Source: an uncultured Oscillospiraceae bacterium
GTDB lineage: Bacteria > Bacillota > Clostridia > Oscillospirales > Ruminococcaceae
Assembly (NCBI GenBank): GCA_900547015.1
Contig: URFD01000001.1
Coordinates: 1-62,783 of the forward strand
Direction: 5' to 3'
Length of the DNA stretch: 62,783 nucleotides
Below are positions 21,955 through 32,072 of this stretch, piece after piece (the stretch's first letter is position 1; the number at the start of each line of letters is the position of its first letter). The translations under genes were made by a program, and so were the position numbers. The notes under the pieces were generated by a model. It saw only the letters and a list, made by a program, of their open reading frames with translations. It did not search any database and was not told the DNA's origin.

Positions 21955-22518
21955 ATGTTATTTTCAGCCAAAACGCTCCACCTTCGGGACGGGCAGCAGC
22001 TGCTCCTTCGCTCTCCCCGCGCCCAAGATGCCGAGCCAATGCTCGATTATATGCGGCTCATCTACTCCCAAACGCCCTATCTCCTGCACTACCCGGAGGA
22101 TTTTCACAAGACCGCGGAGCAGGAGCGCAGCTTTTTGGAGGGAACGCTCAGCTCTCCCAATGCCGTCATGATTGTCTGCGAGGCAGACGGAGAGATTGTC
22201 GGCACCTGCCAGCTGAACCTCAACCAGAAGATTAAGACCCACCACCGCGCCAGCATCGGCATCTCTTTGGCTCAGAAATACTGCGGGCTGGGCATCGGAA
22301 CCGCACTGATGGAGGAGCTGATTTCGATTGCCCACCAGCACGGAGTAGAGCAGCTGGAGCTGGAGGTCTTTGAAGGCAACGAGCGAGCCATCGGCCTCTA
22401 CCGAAAAATGGGCTTTGTCCAGGTGTGCGCTCTGCCCGATGCCATCCGCCTCAAGGACGGCCGCAGCCTTGCCCTTTTGACCATGATCAAAAAATTGCCA
22501 AACAATACCGAGGAATAA
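21955..22518 (+). CDS. GNAT-family N-acetyltransferase
   Basis: YCGLGIGTALM, N.RAIGLYRKMGF. Confidence 0.9.
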   Translation: MLFSAKTLHLRDGQQLLLRSPRAQDAEPMLDYMRLIYSQTPYLLHYPEDFHKTAEQERSFLEGTLSSPNAVMIVCEADGEIVGTCQLNLNQKIKTHHRASIGISLAQKYCGLGIGTALMEELISIAHQHGVEQLELEVFEGNERAIGLYRKMGFVQVCALPDAIRLKDGRSLALLTMIKKLPNNTEE

Positions 22519-22617
22519 TTTCCCCGGTATTTTTCTTTTTCTGACAGCGCCTTCCGCCCTTCTTCGGTTGATTCGTTCTCAAAATCACGCTATAATAAAA
22601 GGAGCACCATCTCCCGG

Positions 22618-22646
22618 GTATATCCGGACGACCGCAGTACACACTA
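22618..22646 (+). promoter_or_regulatory. Candidate sigma-G promoter of tepA-ylzJ
   Basis: GTATA-N17-CACACTA. Confidence 0.5.
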
Positions 22647-22681
22647 ACAGGGAAGTTTTTTTCTCACGGAGGTGTGACACT

Positions 22682-23440
22682 TTGGGTCAAACAAACCACA
22701 CAAAATTATCCGACAGCCAGCCGCTTGCCTGCTCCCAAGAGGAGGAGGAAGCAAACGAGCTGGACGAGCAGACCGACCAGATTATCCAGTCCGGCTCGGT
22801 CACCATGACAAAAGCCAAGCACATCATCCACTGCCTGACCATCGTTGGGCAGATTGAGGGGCACTATATCCTGCCTCCCCAGAATAAGACCACCAAGTAC
22901 GAACACGTCATTCCGCAGCTGGTTGCTATTGAGCAAGACCCCTCCATCGAGGGACTGATGATTCTGCTCAACACCGTCGGCGGAGATGTGGAAGCCGGGC
23001 TTGCCATCGCCGAGCTGATTTCCGGCATGAAAAAGCCCACCGTTTCGCTGGTGCTGGGCGGCGGCCACTCCATCGGCGTTCCGCTGGCCTGTAGCGCCAA
23101 ACAGTCCTTCATTGCTCCATCCGCAACGATGACCGTCCACCCGGTCCGAATGAACGGTCTGGTGCTGGGCGTCCCGCAGACCCTCTCCTATTTCGACCGG
23201 ATGCAGGAGCGCATCGTCCGCTTTGTCACGGACAATTCCCGCATCTCCTCGGAGGATTTTCGCCGTCTGATGATGAACACCGGCGAGCTGGTCATGGATG
23301 TCGGCACCGTCCTGGACGGGGAAAAGGCGGTCGAGGAGGGACTCATCGACCATCTGGGAGGGCTCAGTGAAGCCATCTCCTGCCTGTATGCCATGATTGA
23401 GGCAGAGCATCCGGACCGCTCAAAGGAGGCTGCACAATGA
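22682..23440 (+). CDS. tepA: ClpP-like protease TepA
   Basis: [51 protein letters not shown] start after GGAGG. Confidence 0.9.
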   Translation: MGQTNHTKLSDSQPLACSQEEEEANELDEQTDQIIQSGSVTMTKAKHIIHCLTIVGQIEGHYILPPQNKTTKYEHVIPQLVAIEQDPSIEGLMILLNTVGGDVEAGLAIAELISGMKKPTVSLVLGGGHSIGVPLACSAKQSFIAPSATMTVHPVRMNGLVLGVPQTLSYFDRMQERIVRFVTDNSRISSEDFRRLMMNTGELVMDVGTVLDGEKAVEEGLIDHLGGLSEAISCLYAMIEAEHPDRSKEAAQ

Positions 23441-23682
23441 TTCTCCACTCTGTTGTCCCAACCAGCGTCATGCAGCAGATGATTGCCGATTCCCGGCTCT
23501 CGGAAGCTGTCCCTTGTGTCCAAACGATTGCACTTTCGCCCCTCTGCACGCTGGAGGGCACGCTTTGCGACGGCGGATTTCGGGTCAGCCGCCTGATTTC
23601 CACCAATCCGCAGGACTATCTTTCCCCGGACCTGATGCCCGGCAGCATCCGTCCTGTGCCGACCCACCCCAAAATATTCTGA
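23437..23682 (+). CDS. ylzJ: YlzJ-like protein
   Basis: MILHSVVP start and [13 protein letters not shown] motif; conserved position between tepA and spoIIIE. Confidence 0.75.
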   Translation: MILHSVVPTSVMQQMIADSRLSEAVPCVQTIALSPLCTLEGTLCDGGFRVSRLISTNPQDYLSPDLMPGSIRPVPTHPKIF

Positions 23683-23771
23683 ATCTTCCGCAGTCGGGCT
23701 CTGCTCCGACTGCTGTCCATACCGGAAACCTGTGTTCCCGTGACATCAACGACCCCGACAGGAGGAATCTT

Positions 23772-26700
23772 ATGGCAACCAAAAAAACATCTTCCCGCAG
23801 CAAAAGCACCACCCGCTCCCGCAGCGCTGCGGCATCGGAAAAGGAGCGCAAGAACCGCGAGCAGCACTCGCGCCAGCAATTCTGGGCCATCGTGGTCTTT
23901 GCCGTTGCCATCTTCATCATGGCAACCACTTTGATTGAAGGTCAGAATGTCTGGAACTGGATTCACAATTTCTTTCTGGGAATGTTCGGCTGGAGCGCCT
24001 ACCTGATTGCTCCTCTGCTGTTCTACATCGCCATCATGACCACGCTGGACAAGCCCATCGGCTTAGTCGGGCACAAGGTCTGGCAGTCGATGCTGCTCAT
24101 CTGCCTGCTCAGCGGAGCCACGCAGGTGTTCGGCCTCGGAATTCCCAACGGTAACCTCATCGAAAAGTTCCTTTTCCTCTTTCAAAACGGCATCGACGGA
24201 CACGGCGGAGGCGCTGTTTCCGGGCTGTTCGGCCTGCCTCTGCTGTACTGGTTCGGCATCACCGGAGCCCGGGTCACGATGGTGCTGCTCATCTTTGTCA
24301 TGGTGATGGTGCTCACCGGCAGCACCCTGATTGGTCTGTACCAGTCCGCACAAAAGCCGGTCAAAAAGATGGAGGAGGTCTATGTTGCCCACTCCGAAAT
24401 CCGCAACCAGCAGCGCCAACTGCGGCAGGAACAACAGCAGGAGCGCCGTCCCTTCAACATCAATATCCCCGTAGCTGACCCCGAACCGCCCGAGGAGCAG
24501 GATTCGCTGCTGACCGACTCCGAGGGTCTGCACACCGACAGCTTCCTTCATGCCAAGCGCAAAAAGGAAGAGGAGCTAGACCGACTGCGTCAGGCACAGG
24601 AGCAAACCCAAAAGGACCGTGCTGACTGGCGCGAAAAGCTCGCTCAGGAGCGTGCCGAGCAAAAGCGTCTGGAGGAGGAGCGTGCAAAACAGCTCTCCAT
24701 TCCCCGCAGCGAACGGGAGGAGCCGCTCTCGGAGGGCGACTTCTGGCTTCCTCCGTCCGATTCTGACGAGGAGCCGCTGTCCTCTCCTTATCTGGATGAC
24801 CTGATTGACCGGGTCGCCAGCGGAAAGCCCTCCCTTGCCCGTGAGGACCAAGCGGTACTCAACACCCTGAAATCCAATATGGTGGACCCGACGGTGCGTG
24901 CTGTCGTCGATTCCGAAAACTCCCGCCGGGCCATGAAGATTTTCGAGGAGGAGCTCGGCGATGTTCAGCAAACCGGACTTTCTTGGGAAAACGCACCCGA
25001 GGAGGATTTGGGGGACGGCTTCCTTACCCCGGAGATGATTCACTTTGACCCGGAAGCCGCCATACATCCCGACTGCTCTGACAGCCAGCCGGAGCCGCCC
25101 TGCCAGACCGCCGAATTTTTCCAGCCTATTTTGGAGGAGGAACCGCCCGAGCCGCCGGTCATTCCGGAGGAAGCCTCGTTCTGTCCCGAGGACATCACCC
25201 TCGAGGACGAGCCTGTTGCTCCCGCACCAAAGCCGACTCCGGAGCGTCGAACCTCCCCGCACGAAATCATCGAAGTTTCTGCCGACGACATCCGCGCTCA
25301 GGGCATGGATTTGCAGGGCGCCTCCCACAGCATCGACCGGCCTGAGCCGGAGCCCGAAGAGCCCGAATACATCAAGCCGCCAATCAGCATCCTCAACGAG
25401 GTCGAAAAGCCCAGCGAGCAGAATCTTCAGGAGGAGCTGCGCTCCAACGCTGAAAAGCTGGTCAACACCCTCCAGAGCTTTGGAGTCCAGACCCGCATCA
25501 TCGATATTGCCCGCGGACCTGCGGTCACCCGCTATGAGCTTCAGCCCTCTGCCGGCGTCAAAATCAGCAAGATTACCAACCTCGCCGACGACATCGCACT
25601 GAACCTTGCCGCCTCCGGTGTCCGCATCGAAGCCCCGATTCCCAACAAGCCTGCTGTCGGCATCGAGGTTCCCAACAAGGTGGTCAGCACCGTCTCGATT
25701 CGTGAAATCATCGACTCTCCCGAATTCCAGCAGGCCAAAAGTCCGCTGGCTGTGGCGCTGGGTCGAGACATTGCCGGCAAGGTCACCGTAGCAGACCTGG
25801 CAAAAATGCCGCACACCCTCATCGCAGGCTCCACCGGCTCGGGTAAATCGGTCTGCATCAACTCTCTGATTGTCAGCATCCTCTACCACTCCACCCCGCA
25901 GGAGGTCAAACTGGTGCTCATCGACCCGAAAATGGTCGAGCTCGGCATCTATAACGGCATCCCGCACCTGCTCATTCCGGTTGTCACCGACCCGAAAAAG
26001 GCGGCCGGCGCTCTGTCGTGGGCAGTCAACGAGATGCTCAACCGCTACCAGCTCTTTAAGGATTACAGCGTCCGCGACATGGCAGGCTTCAACCGCGCCG
26101 CCGAGAAAAACGGCTTAAAGCCCATGCCGCAGATTGTCATCATCATCGACGAGCTGGCAGACCTGATGATGGCTGCTCCCGGCGAGGTCGAGGATTCCAT
26201 CTGCCGTCTGGCACAGATGGCGCGTGCCGCCGGAATGCATCTTGTCATCGCCACCCAGCGCCCGTCGGTCGATGTCATCACCGGTGTCATCAAGGCCAAC
26301 ATCCCGTCCCGAATCGCCTTCGCAGTCTCCTCCCAGATTGACTCGAGAACCATTCTGGATTCCAGCGGAGCCGAAAAGCTGCTCGGCCGCGGCGATATGC
26401 TCTTCTCCCCGATTGGCTCCTCCAAGCCAACCCGCGTCCAAGGCTGCTTTGTCACCGATGGAGAGGTCGAGCGCATCATCGAGTTCATCAAGCAGACCAC
26501 CCAGCCGCTGACCTACGACGAACAGATTCTCGCCGAGATTGACCGCCATGCCGTTTCGGACAAAAAGAAGGGCAGCCGCGACAAGGATGACGGCGGCGGC
26601 TTCGAGGATGAGGACGAGATGCTGCCCAGCGCCATCGAGATTGTTGTCGAAACCGGACAGGCCTCCACCTCCATGCTTCAGCGCAAACTCAAGCTCGGCT

Positions 26701-26861
26701 ATGCCCGCGCCGCCCGACTGATGGATTCCATGGAAGAAAAAGGGGTCATCGGGCCTTTCGAGGGCAGCAAGCCCCGTCAGGTTCTCATCACCAAGGAGCG
26801 TTGGATTGAGATGAAGATGATTTCCGCCGCCCGTGCGGAGGACAACCGCCGCAATTATTAG
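23772..26861 (+). CDS. ftsK: DNA translocase FtsK/SpoIIIE
   Basis: 4TM N-domain, acidic/Pro linker, [28 protein letters not shown], gamma domain [14 protein letters not shown]. Confidence 0.96.
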   Translation: MATKKTSSRSKSTTRSRSAAASEKERKNREQHSRQQFWAIVVFAVAIFIMATTLIEGQNVWNWIHNFFLGMFGWSAYLIAPLLFYIAIMTTLDKPIGLVGHKVWQSMLLICLLSGATQVFGLGIPNGNLIEKFLFLFQNGIDGHGGGAVSGLFGLPLLYWFGITGARVTMVLLIFVMVMVLTGSTLIGLYQSAQKPVKKMEEVYVAHSEIRNQQRQLRQEQQQERRPFNINIPVADPEPPEEQDSLLTDSEGLHTDSFLHAKRKKEEELDRLRQAQEQTQKDRADWREKLAQERAEQKRLEEERAKQLSIPRSEREEPLSEGDFWLPPSDSDEEPLSSPYLDDLIDRVASGKPSLAREDQAVLNTLKSNMVDPTVRAVVDSENSRRAMKIFEEELGDVQQTGLSWENAPEEDLGDGFLTPEMIHFDPEAAIHPDCSDSQPEPPCQTAEFFQPILEEEPPEPPVIPEEASFCPEDITLEDEPVAPAPKPTPERRTSPHEIIEVSADDIRAQGMDLQGASHSIDRPEPEPEEPEYIKPPISILNEVEKPSEQNLQEELRSNAEKLVNTLQSFGVQTRIIDIARGPAVTRYELQPSAGVKISKITNLADDIALNLAASGVRIEAPIPNKPAVGIEVPNKVVSTVSIREIIDSPEFQQAKSPLAVALGRDIAGKVTVADLAKMPHTLIAGSTGSGKSVCINSLIVSILYHSTPQEVKLVLIDPKMVELGIYNGIPHLLIPVVTDPKKAAGALSWAVNEMLNRYQLFKDYSVRDMAGFNRAAEKNGLKPMPQIVIIIDELADLMMAAPGEVEDSICRLAQMARAAGMHLVIATQRPSVDVITGVIKANIPSRIAFAVSSQIDSRTILDSSGAEKLLGRGDMLFSPIGSSKPTRVQGCFVTDGEVERIIEFIKQTTQPLTYDEQILAEIDRHAVSDKKKGSRDKDDGGGFEDEDEMLPSAIEIVVETGQASTSMLQRKLKLGYARAARLMDSMEEKGVIGPFEGSKPRQVLITKERWIEMKMISAARAEDNRRNY

Positions 26862-26882
26862 ATTTTCCCGTATTCACCTTTT

Positions 26883-26912
26883 AAATCCCCCACCTTTGTG
26901 GGGGATTTTTTT
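26883..26912. terminator. Terminator between ftsK and the convergent phage-like operon
   Basis: AAATCCCCCAC/GTGGGGGATTT followed by a T tract. Confidence 0.8.
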
Positions 26913-27389
26913 CTAGCCTTTTTTCGGAAAAACACAGTAAAAATAGGTCTTGCCGCTCTGGTTGAGCTGGCATTTTTTTCCGTCCGGCGGATTGTTGCTG
27001 TGGTTGGTCACTCGAAAACCCTTTGCCTCCAGCGCAATTCCCTTGCTGCATCCCAGACTGCTCATCATCCCCGCATACAGATTGACCGGCCCCGACGATG
27101 ATGGAACCACCATCGACTCACCGGACGCAAAGACGACCCCGAATCCCACCGCCTCCTCCAGCGTGATGGTTCGGGTCGAGCTGCCGTCCCCGGTATAGCT
27201 GCCGACGATTACGCCCGCCTTTCCCAGCTGCTGCCGCTCCTCCTCTGTGATATGCAGCTTCGATTCGATATGCTCCTGAAACTTCGCATCGATTGTCTGA
27301 TTGTCAAAATTCACATCCTCCATCTTGGGGTGGTCTGTTCCCACAAACCGATTTAAACCCAGATAGTTTGTCTTATAGCTGCTAGACAT
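26913..27389 (-). CDS. Short tail fibre / receptor-binding protein
   Basis: N-terminal KTNYLGLN..D.P.MEDVN.DN..ID fibre-anchor pattern, GSYTGDG and LN.SG.TY.Y C-domain; last gene after the baseplate. Confidence 0.6.
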   Translation of the reverse strand: MSSSYKTNYLGLNRFVGTDHPKMEDVNFDNQTIDAKFQEHIESKLHITEEERQQLGKAGVIVGSYTGDGSSTRTITLEEAVGFGVVFASGESMVVPSSSGPVNLYAGMMSSLGCSKGIALEAKGFRVTNHSNNPPDGKKCQLNQSGKTYFYCVFPKKG

Positions 27390-27993
27390 TCTGCACCTCC
27401 TGCCACTGCTCTGCACCCATCATTTCCAGCTCGGACCAGCTCTTGTCCAGTCTGTCCAGCTGTTCAAAGCTTCTGTCCAAAGCATCAAATTCCTCAAAAT
27501 TCAGTCCGCCGGTGACAAAGTCCGCCTCCAGATGGGCAGGCATCAGCGCAGAAAAGGCCCGCTTGGCCTCATCCAGCGTCATGCTGCTGTCCGCCATCTC
27601 CTGCGCTGTCACCGTGATTTTCTCCTCCCCGGGCATTTCTTTGACTGCCGCTCGGATGCCCAGCGCACCCAGCGCCCGTTCCAGTCCCTCCCGATGATAG
27701 TCGTTTGGGCTGATTGCCAGCTTGCTTTGGGCAATCCTTCTCCTGCTCTGGATTGGAATCGCAAGATTAACCGGGATCGAGAGCATCCGCTCAAATTCTG
27801 CCAATCGCTTCGGACTGCATCGGTCGGGCAGAAGATTCTGCTCCACCGCTGCGATTTGCTCCTCCAATGCCTCCAGCACACACAGATAGCCTTCCAGCTC
27901 GCACTCCACCAGACTGCGCTCTCCCTGCGCCAAACGGTAGATTCCCAGCGAGCGCATCCGCTCCATCATCTGTCTGCGGCAATTTCCCATCAC
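27382..27993 (-). CDS. Baseplate wedge protein (XkdU/YmfQ/Mu gp48-like, DUF2313)
   Basis: L..FERML.I..RR.I..KL and C-terminal MPAHL; follows baseplate J. Confidence 0.7.
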   Translation of the reverse strand: MMGNCRRQMMERMRSLGIYRLAQGERSLVECELEGYLCVLEALEEQIAAVEQNLLPDRCSPKRLAEFERMLSIPVNLAIPIQSRRRIAQSKLAISPNDYHREGLERALGALGIRAAVKEMPGEEKITVTAQEMADSSMTLDEAKRAFSALMPAHLEADFVTGGLNFEEFDALDRSFEQLDRLDKSWSELEMMGAEQWQEVQNV

Positions 27994-29069
27994 AGTGCCT
28001 CCCTCTGCCGTTGTGCCATCTCTCCGATTTGAATTGTACCTGCTGTAAAGATTTCCTTCTCCTGCGGATAGCTGTCCTGCGCCGGAGCCAGCACACGGCA
28101 GTTTGCAACGCCCGGACAGGATAACAGCTCCCGCACCAGAAGCGCCGGGTACAGCGGCTGCCCGATTTCAAAGGTTTCCAGATACTGCTTCCAGCGCTCC
28201 TGACACTGCTGACAAACATCTGCGATGCTGTATCCATCGGCTGCCGCAATTTCCGCCGTCAGGGTCACCGGACGCTCCACTGCCTGCTCCACGCTCAAAT
28301 CGACGTTGATTTCCTTCTTCTTTGAAATCTGCTCCTGCATCGTCCGCAGTAGCTGCTCATCCACCCCGGGGCCATAAACGACCACTCCGACCGTTCCTCG
28401 GCCCTTGTGTCTGGGCAGAACCCTTGCCGAGCGCACCCCGGCATAGCTCATCGCACACTGATGATAAAATGCACCGTTGGTTCCGTTGGTCACCATGCGG
28501 TAGCTGTCCATCAGGCGCTGTCGCAGGGATTGGTCACTTTCCGCGTCCTCTCCTGCGGTCATGGGACTCGGGTTGTTCACCGCCGCAATTCCCTGCACCG
28601 GGCTGATGATCACACGGAGCATCCCTGCCGCTAAATTTCCCTTTTTCCCTGCCACCTCGCTGCATACCGGAACCCGAACCTCGGTCTGTCCTCCTGCCAA
28701 AACCGCTTCCTGCACCGTAACAAACCGAAGCTGGCCGCTTCCTCCGGTCAGGGGTGTTCCCTTCGGAATCACAATGTCCTCCGCCGCAGGCACCGTTCTG
28801 GAAAAGACCACCTCTCCTCGGGCAAAGCTCGCAGGCTTTCGGCTCAGACCGCGCGCCGCCGCATGACGCTCCAATGCCTCTCCGCAGGCGGTCTGGGCAA
28901 ATGTCTGCCGCTTGACCTCCTCCAGCTGACCCTTGAGCATCGCCAGCTGCTCTGCCAGGATTTTCAGCCGAACCCCAATATCCGAAGCATCGTCCGCCTT
29001 CATCCCGGTCAGCTCCTCGTACCGACTCTGCATCTTCTGTAAAAATTCTCCCATGCCTTCCTCCACCAT
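27990..29069 (-). CDS. Baseplate J/gp47 family protein (XkdT-like)
   Basis: FAQTACGEALERHA..GLSRKPA..A.G.V.F, G..GN, GEDAESDQSLRQR, RGTVGV. Confidence 0.9.
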   Translation of the reverse strand: MVEEGMGEFLQKMQSRYEELTGMKADDASDIGVRLKILAEQLAMLKGQLEEVKRQTFAQTACGEALERHAAARGLSRKPASFARGEVVFSRTVPAAEDIVIPKGTPLTGGSGQLRFVTVQEAVLAGGQTEVRVPVCSEVAGKKGNLAAGMLRVIISPVQGIAAVNNPSPMTAGEDAESDQSLRQRLMDSYRMVTNGTNGAFYHQCAMSYAGVRSARVLPRHKGRGTVGVVVYGPGVDEQLLRTMQEQISKKKEINVDLSVEQAVERPVTLTAEIAAADGYSIADVCQQCQERWKQYLETFEIGQPLYPALLVRELLSCPGVANCRVLAPAQDSYPQEKEIFTAGTIQIGEMAQRQREAL

Positions 29070-29079
29070 GCTTCCCTCC

Positions 29080-29445
29080 TTAACCATTCAGCTCCCATTC
29101 CAGCCGAAACCGCTCCTCAACTTCTCCTTGACAGCACAGCTCCAGCTCCAAAAACAGGCTTTCCTCTCTGCGCTGTGCCTTCGCCGACAGCACCCGCACC
29201 TCTTTCAGCTCCAAAAGTGCCTCCTGTGCATATTCCAGCGCCAGCTCCTGCAAGCGGCCCGGCTCTCGGTTGCCCGTTCCCAGCTCATACAATCGACTGC
29301 CCAGCTCCGGGTCCAGCGCAAAACGTCCCTTCGGCACGGTCAGCCGAATGATGGCCTGCTGGATTTTCTCCGCTGTCCCCTCTGCCTGCTGTGGATAGCC
29401 TCGATCGTCCCGCCTGTGGTCGCCGTGATATAACACCAGATCCAT
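29080..29445 (-). CDS. Baseplate sheath-initiator (gp25/gp46/XkdS-like)
   Basis: IRLTVPKGRFALDPELGSRLYEL..AQEAL. Confidence 0.7.
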   Translation of the reverse strand: MDLVLYHGDHRRDDRGYPQQAEGTAEKIQQAIIRLTVPKGRFALDPELGSRLYELGTGNREPGRLQELALEYAQEALLELKEVRVLSAKAQRREESLFLELELCCQGEVEERFRLEWELNG

Positions 29446-29457
29446 GCTCTCTCCTCC

Positions 29458-29754
29458 TTACTCAAACACCTTGCCGTTGAGCAGGATTTTTCCGTCCGCA
29501 CACAGACGAATACTCGCTCCTCCTGCGGAGCGCAGCAGGATTTCTCCCTCCTGTAATTCAGGCTGTCGCTCCTGCACCGCTCCCAGACAGACCTTGTTTT
29601 CTCCCACCGACAACAGCAGTAGCTCCTCATCCTTCATCGGTCTTGCATAGATTCCGTACGGCGCGCAGACAGCTGCCGCCTCCATGCCCTGCCGTGTGCT
29701 CACAGCGCGCAGTTCTTCCTCCTTTGCCGAGGATGTTCTTCTTGCCAGCCACAT
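29458..29754 (-). CDS. Small baseplate spike-like protein (Mu gp45/XkdR slot)
   Basis: PYGIYARP, GEILLRS.GGASIRL..DGKI; located between hub and gp25-like genes. Confidence 0.55.
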   Translation of the reverse strand: MWLARRTSSAKEEELRAVSTRQGMEAAAVCAPYGIYARPMKDEELLLLSVGENKVCLGAVQERQPELQEGEILLRSAGGASIRLCADGKILLNGKVFE

Positions 29755-29776
29755 CGTTTTTCCACCTCTCCTGTTT

Positions 29777-30700
29777 CTATTCCAGCACCAGTCGGCTCAC
29801 CGCTCCGGATTCCCGGAATCTCAGCTCTCGCTCCACCAGATTTCCCCGGAAATACTGCCCGGTTCCCGGCACCTCCAGCAGCACCTCGCAGCCCAGCTCC
29901 CAGTCTGCGATTCCCGCCAGCTCCACCTCCCAGCGAACTCTCCCGCGCATCGATTCCTCCAACCGCAGCCCGGCATCCACACTGGTTTGCGCCCACTGCG
30001 CCGATGGAATCAGGCATCTTCTGCGCCGGATGTGCAGCCGTTTGGCCTCGCTGTTGTCGATTCCGCTGCTGTACCGTCCCTGTCCGTCCCGCACCAGCAC
30101 CTGAGAAATCACCTCGCTGCGCCGCACCGTTTTGCTCATCCGCAGTACTGGCTCCCGGGAGGAGATGACCCTTCTGCCTCTCCCCGGCAGCAGGAAGCGC
30201 ACCGTCCTTCCGTCCAGATAGGGGCGCAGCTTCACCGCTCGCTGACAAAATCGGCTGAATGCCTCCCATTCGCTGACTCCCTTGCTAACCTGATAGTGTT
30301 CCAGCACCGCCGAACGCTCCAAGTTTGCGGTAAATCCGTATGGTCGGATGTGCCGTTGGAACATCTGCTCCACCGAGATTCTGCTGTATTCCTGCGGAAT
30401 GGCCTCGTTGTCCAGCAGAACCGCCCCTTCCGAGCGTCCCCACAGCGTCAGCCGACGGCCCTGCGCTCCCATGCTCACAATCTGTCGGTCGCACATTCCG
30501 CAAAAAATTCTTCTGCCGTCGTACAGCAATTCCAGCTCTGCGATTTCTTCCTCCCAATCGCTCCCAAGGTCGGTCAGCACCACCGCACGCAGGCTGTCCG
30601 CCGGGGTGTCCACCGAGCTGATGCAGGAAAATTCCGTCACCAGCTCCCGCCGTCTTTCTCTGCCGTCCGGGGTCCATGTCCGAATCTGTGCCTGCTTCAT
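29777..30700 (-). CDS. Baseplate hub protein (Mu gpP/XkdQ-like)
   Basis: DTPADS, IFCG.CDRQ..L.GRS.GAVLLDNEA.P; synteny. Confidence 0.7.
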   Translation of the reverse strand: MKQAQIRTWTPDGRERRRELVTEFSCISSVDTPADSLRAVVLTDLGSDWEEEIAELELLYDGRRIFCGMCDRQIVSMGAQGRRLTLWGRSEGAVLLDNEAIPQEYSRISVEQMFQRHIRPYGFTANLERSAVLEHYQVSKGVSEWEAFSRFCQRAVKLRPYLDGRTVRFLLPGRGRRVISSREPVLRMSKTVRRSEVISQVLVRDGQGRYSSGIDNSEAKRLHIRRRRCLIPSAQWAQTSVDAGLRLEESMRGRVRWEVELAGIADWELGCEVLLEVPGTGQYFRGNLVERELRFRESGAVSRLVLE

Positions 30701-31047
30701 CCTTCTTTTCTCTCCTCAATAAACCGAAAGCGGTACCCGATGACCGCCTCTCCGCCGCTGCCCGTCATCTGCAAGCTCTCCAGCACCGCGCGCATCGGCT
30801 CCAATCCGGCTCCGCTGAGCACCCCGCTGCCACCCTCCATCAAGGCGCGCAGCTGGGCAAACTGCTCCATCGCATCCTCTCCGAACAGCTCTCCCTCTCC
30901 CTGCACCTCGCTGAGTCCCGAACCCAACTGCTGCAAGCTCTCTCCAAAGCCGCAGCAGACTGCGGATGCCGTCCGTTTTCTGTGGAGAACCACCAGCCTG
31001 CGCGGATTGTTCCGAAAGGTATATTCCTTAAATCGCAGATTGGTCAT
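30697..31047 (-). CDS. Tube-initiator / DNA-circularisation N-terminal-like protein (XkdP/Mu gpN slot, no LysM)
   Basis: LRFKEYTF.NNP..QQLG..GEGELFG..YRFRFIE; synteny. Confidence 0.55.
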   Translation of the reverse strand: MTNLRFKEYTFRNNPRRLVVLHRKRTASAVCCGFGESLQQLGSGLSEVQGEGELFGEDAMEQFAQLRALMEGGSGVLSGAGLEPMRAVLESLQMTGSGGEAVIGYRFRFIEERKEG

Positions 31048-31384
31048 ACAGCCACTCCTCCATTCCTCTGCCGTACCGCTGGGCCAGCCGTTCCAGCTCG
31101 TCCGAAATCTCCCGAATCGAATCTGCTCCTGTGCTTGCGGCCTCGCTCGGCTCAAACAGCTCCTGCTCCTCCCTCACGAGGATGGTTTCTTTCGGTTCTC
31201 GCAACTCCTCTGCGCTCCGAGGCTGCTCGCGCACCTGTGCCTGCTCCCTCTCTTGGAAGCCATCTCGACTGCGCTCCGTCACCGTCCGCTCCGCTTCGCT
31301 TTGCATCTCCACTGCGTTCTTCTCAAGCCGACCGCCCTCATACACCCTGCGGTTTTCTTCCAGCTTTTGCCTTACGATTTTCAA
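31028..31384 (-). CDS. Charged helical 118-aa protein in the tape-measure slot
   Basis: TTG start overlaps the upstream TGA; E/R/Q-rich; function inferred from position only. Confidence 0.5.
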   Translation of the reverse strand: MKIVRQKLEENRRVYEGGRLEKNAVEMQSEAERTVTERSRDGFQEREQAQVREQPRSAEELREPKETILVREEQELFEPSEAASTGADSIREISDELERLAQRYGRGMEEWLYDQSAI

Positions 31385-31674
31385 TTCTCTCCGCTCCCGC
31401 CTTCATACCGATTCTGATACTGCGCGGCAAGCTCTGCAATCCTGCTCAGTCCCATCTTTCTGAGCACCTGTCTGGCATCCTCAAAGGCCCTTTTGCCGCC
31501 TCGATTCAGAGCCAGAGACAGCAGAGCCGCGTTGCCTGCGACCGCCCACAGACAACGCTCCTCCTCTTCGCTGATTGTTCCGCAGATGTCCTTGAGATAG
31601 ACAAACGCTTCCTGCGCTCTGCCGTCCAGCTGTAATTCCTCCGCCGCCGACAGCCCTCTCATTCTGTACCTCAT
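31381..31674 (-). CDS. Putative tail assembly chaperone
   Basis: 97 aa, RGLSAAEEL motif, directly after the tube gene. Confidence 0.5.
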   Translation of the reverse strand: MRYRMRGLSAAEELQLDGRAQEAFVYLKDICGTISEEEERCLWAVAGNAALLSLALNRGGKRAFEDARQVLRKMGLSRIAELAAQYQNRYEGGSGEN

Positions 31675-31685
31675 CTGCCCATCTC

Positions 31686-32060
31686 CTATAACTTGATTCT
31701 TCTGCTTGCCACCAAGCTCACCTTTTCCAGAACGACCTCTCCCACCGAAGCCGCCTGTGTGATGTCCGCCCACTCGCATCCGGTGTAGATGATCTTGCTG
31801 TCCGGCAGTACGATGACCAGATTGAAGCCGCTCAGCTCATAAAAGTCGATTCCTTCCTTCTGGTTCAGGCACACTCTGGACAGCTCAATCCAGTGCTTGA
31901 CTCTGCCGCCCACCGTGCCCACCGGCTCTGTGCTGCCAAAGGCCTCGATGTATCGGCTCTCCCTCGAGGATTTCACTCGGTAGCTCTGCGCCGCCGCCAC
32001 CTTCCGACCGTTTACCTCCAAATAAATGTCCGCGCTGGTCGGGATTGAAACCAATGCCAT
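31686..32060 (-). CDS. Putative tail tube protein
   Basis: Beta-rich 124 aa after the sheath gene; IYLEVNGRKVA, YTGCEW..E.V. Confidence 0.65.
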   Translation of the reverse strand: MALVSIPTSADIYLEVNGRKVAAAQSYRVKSSRESRYIEAFGSTEPVGTVGGRVKHWIELSRVCLNQKEGIDFYELSGFNLVIVLPDSKIIYTGCEWADITQAASVGEVVLEKVSLVASRRIKL

Positions 32061-32072
32061 CCTCATCCCTCC

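Noticed and set aside
29684..31417. 577-aa + strand ORF as a hidden tape measure
   Set aside because: Opposite strand to the operon, no RBS, and shadow-like composition.
31381..31500. Programmed -1 frameshift after the tail chaperone
   Set aside because: No XXXYYYZ slippery heptamer is seen near the stop. A simple TTGA overlap explains the junction.
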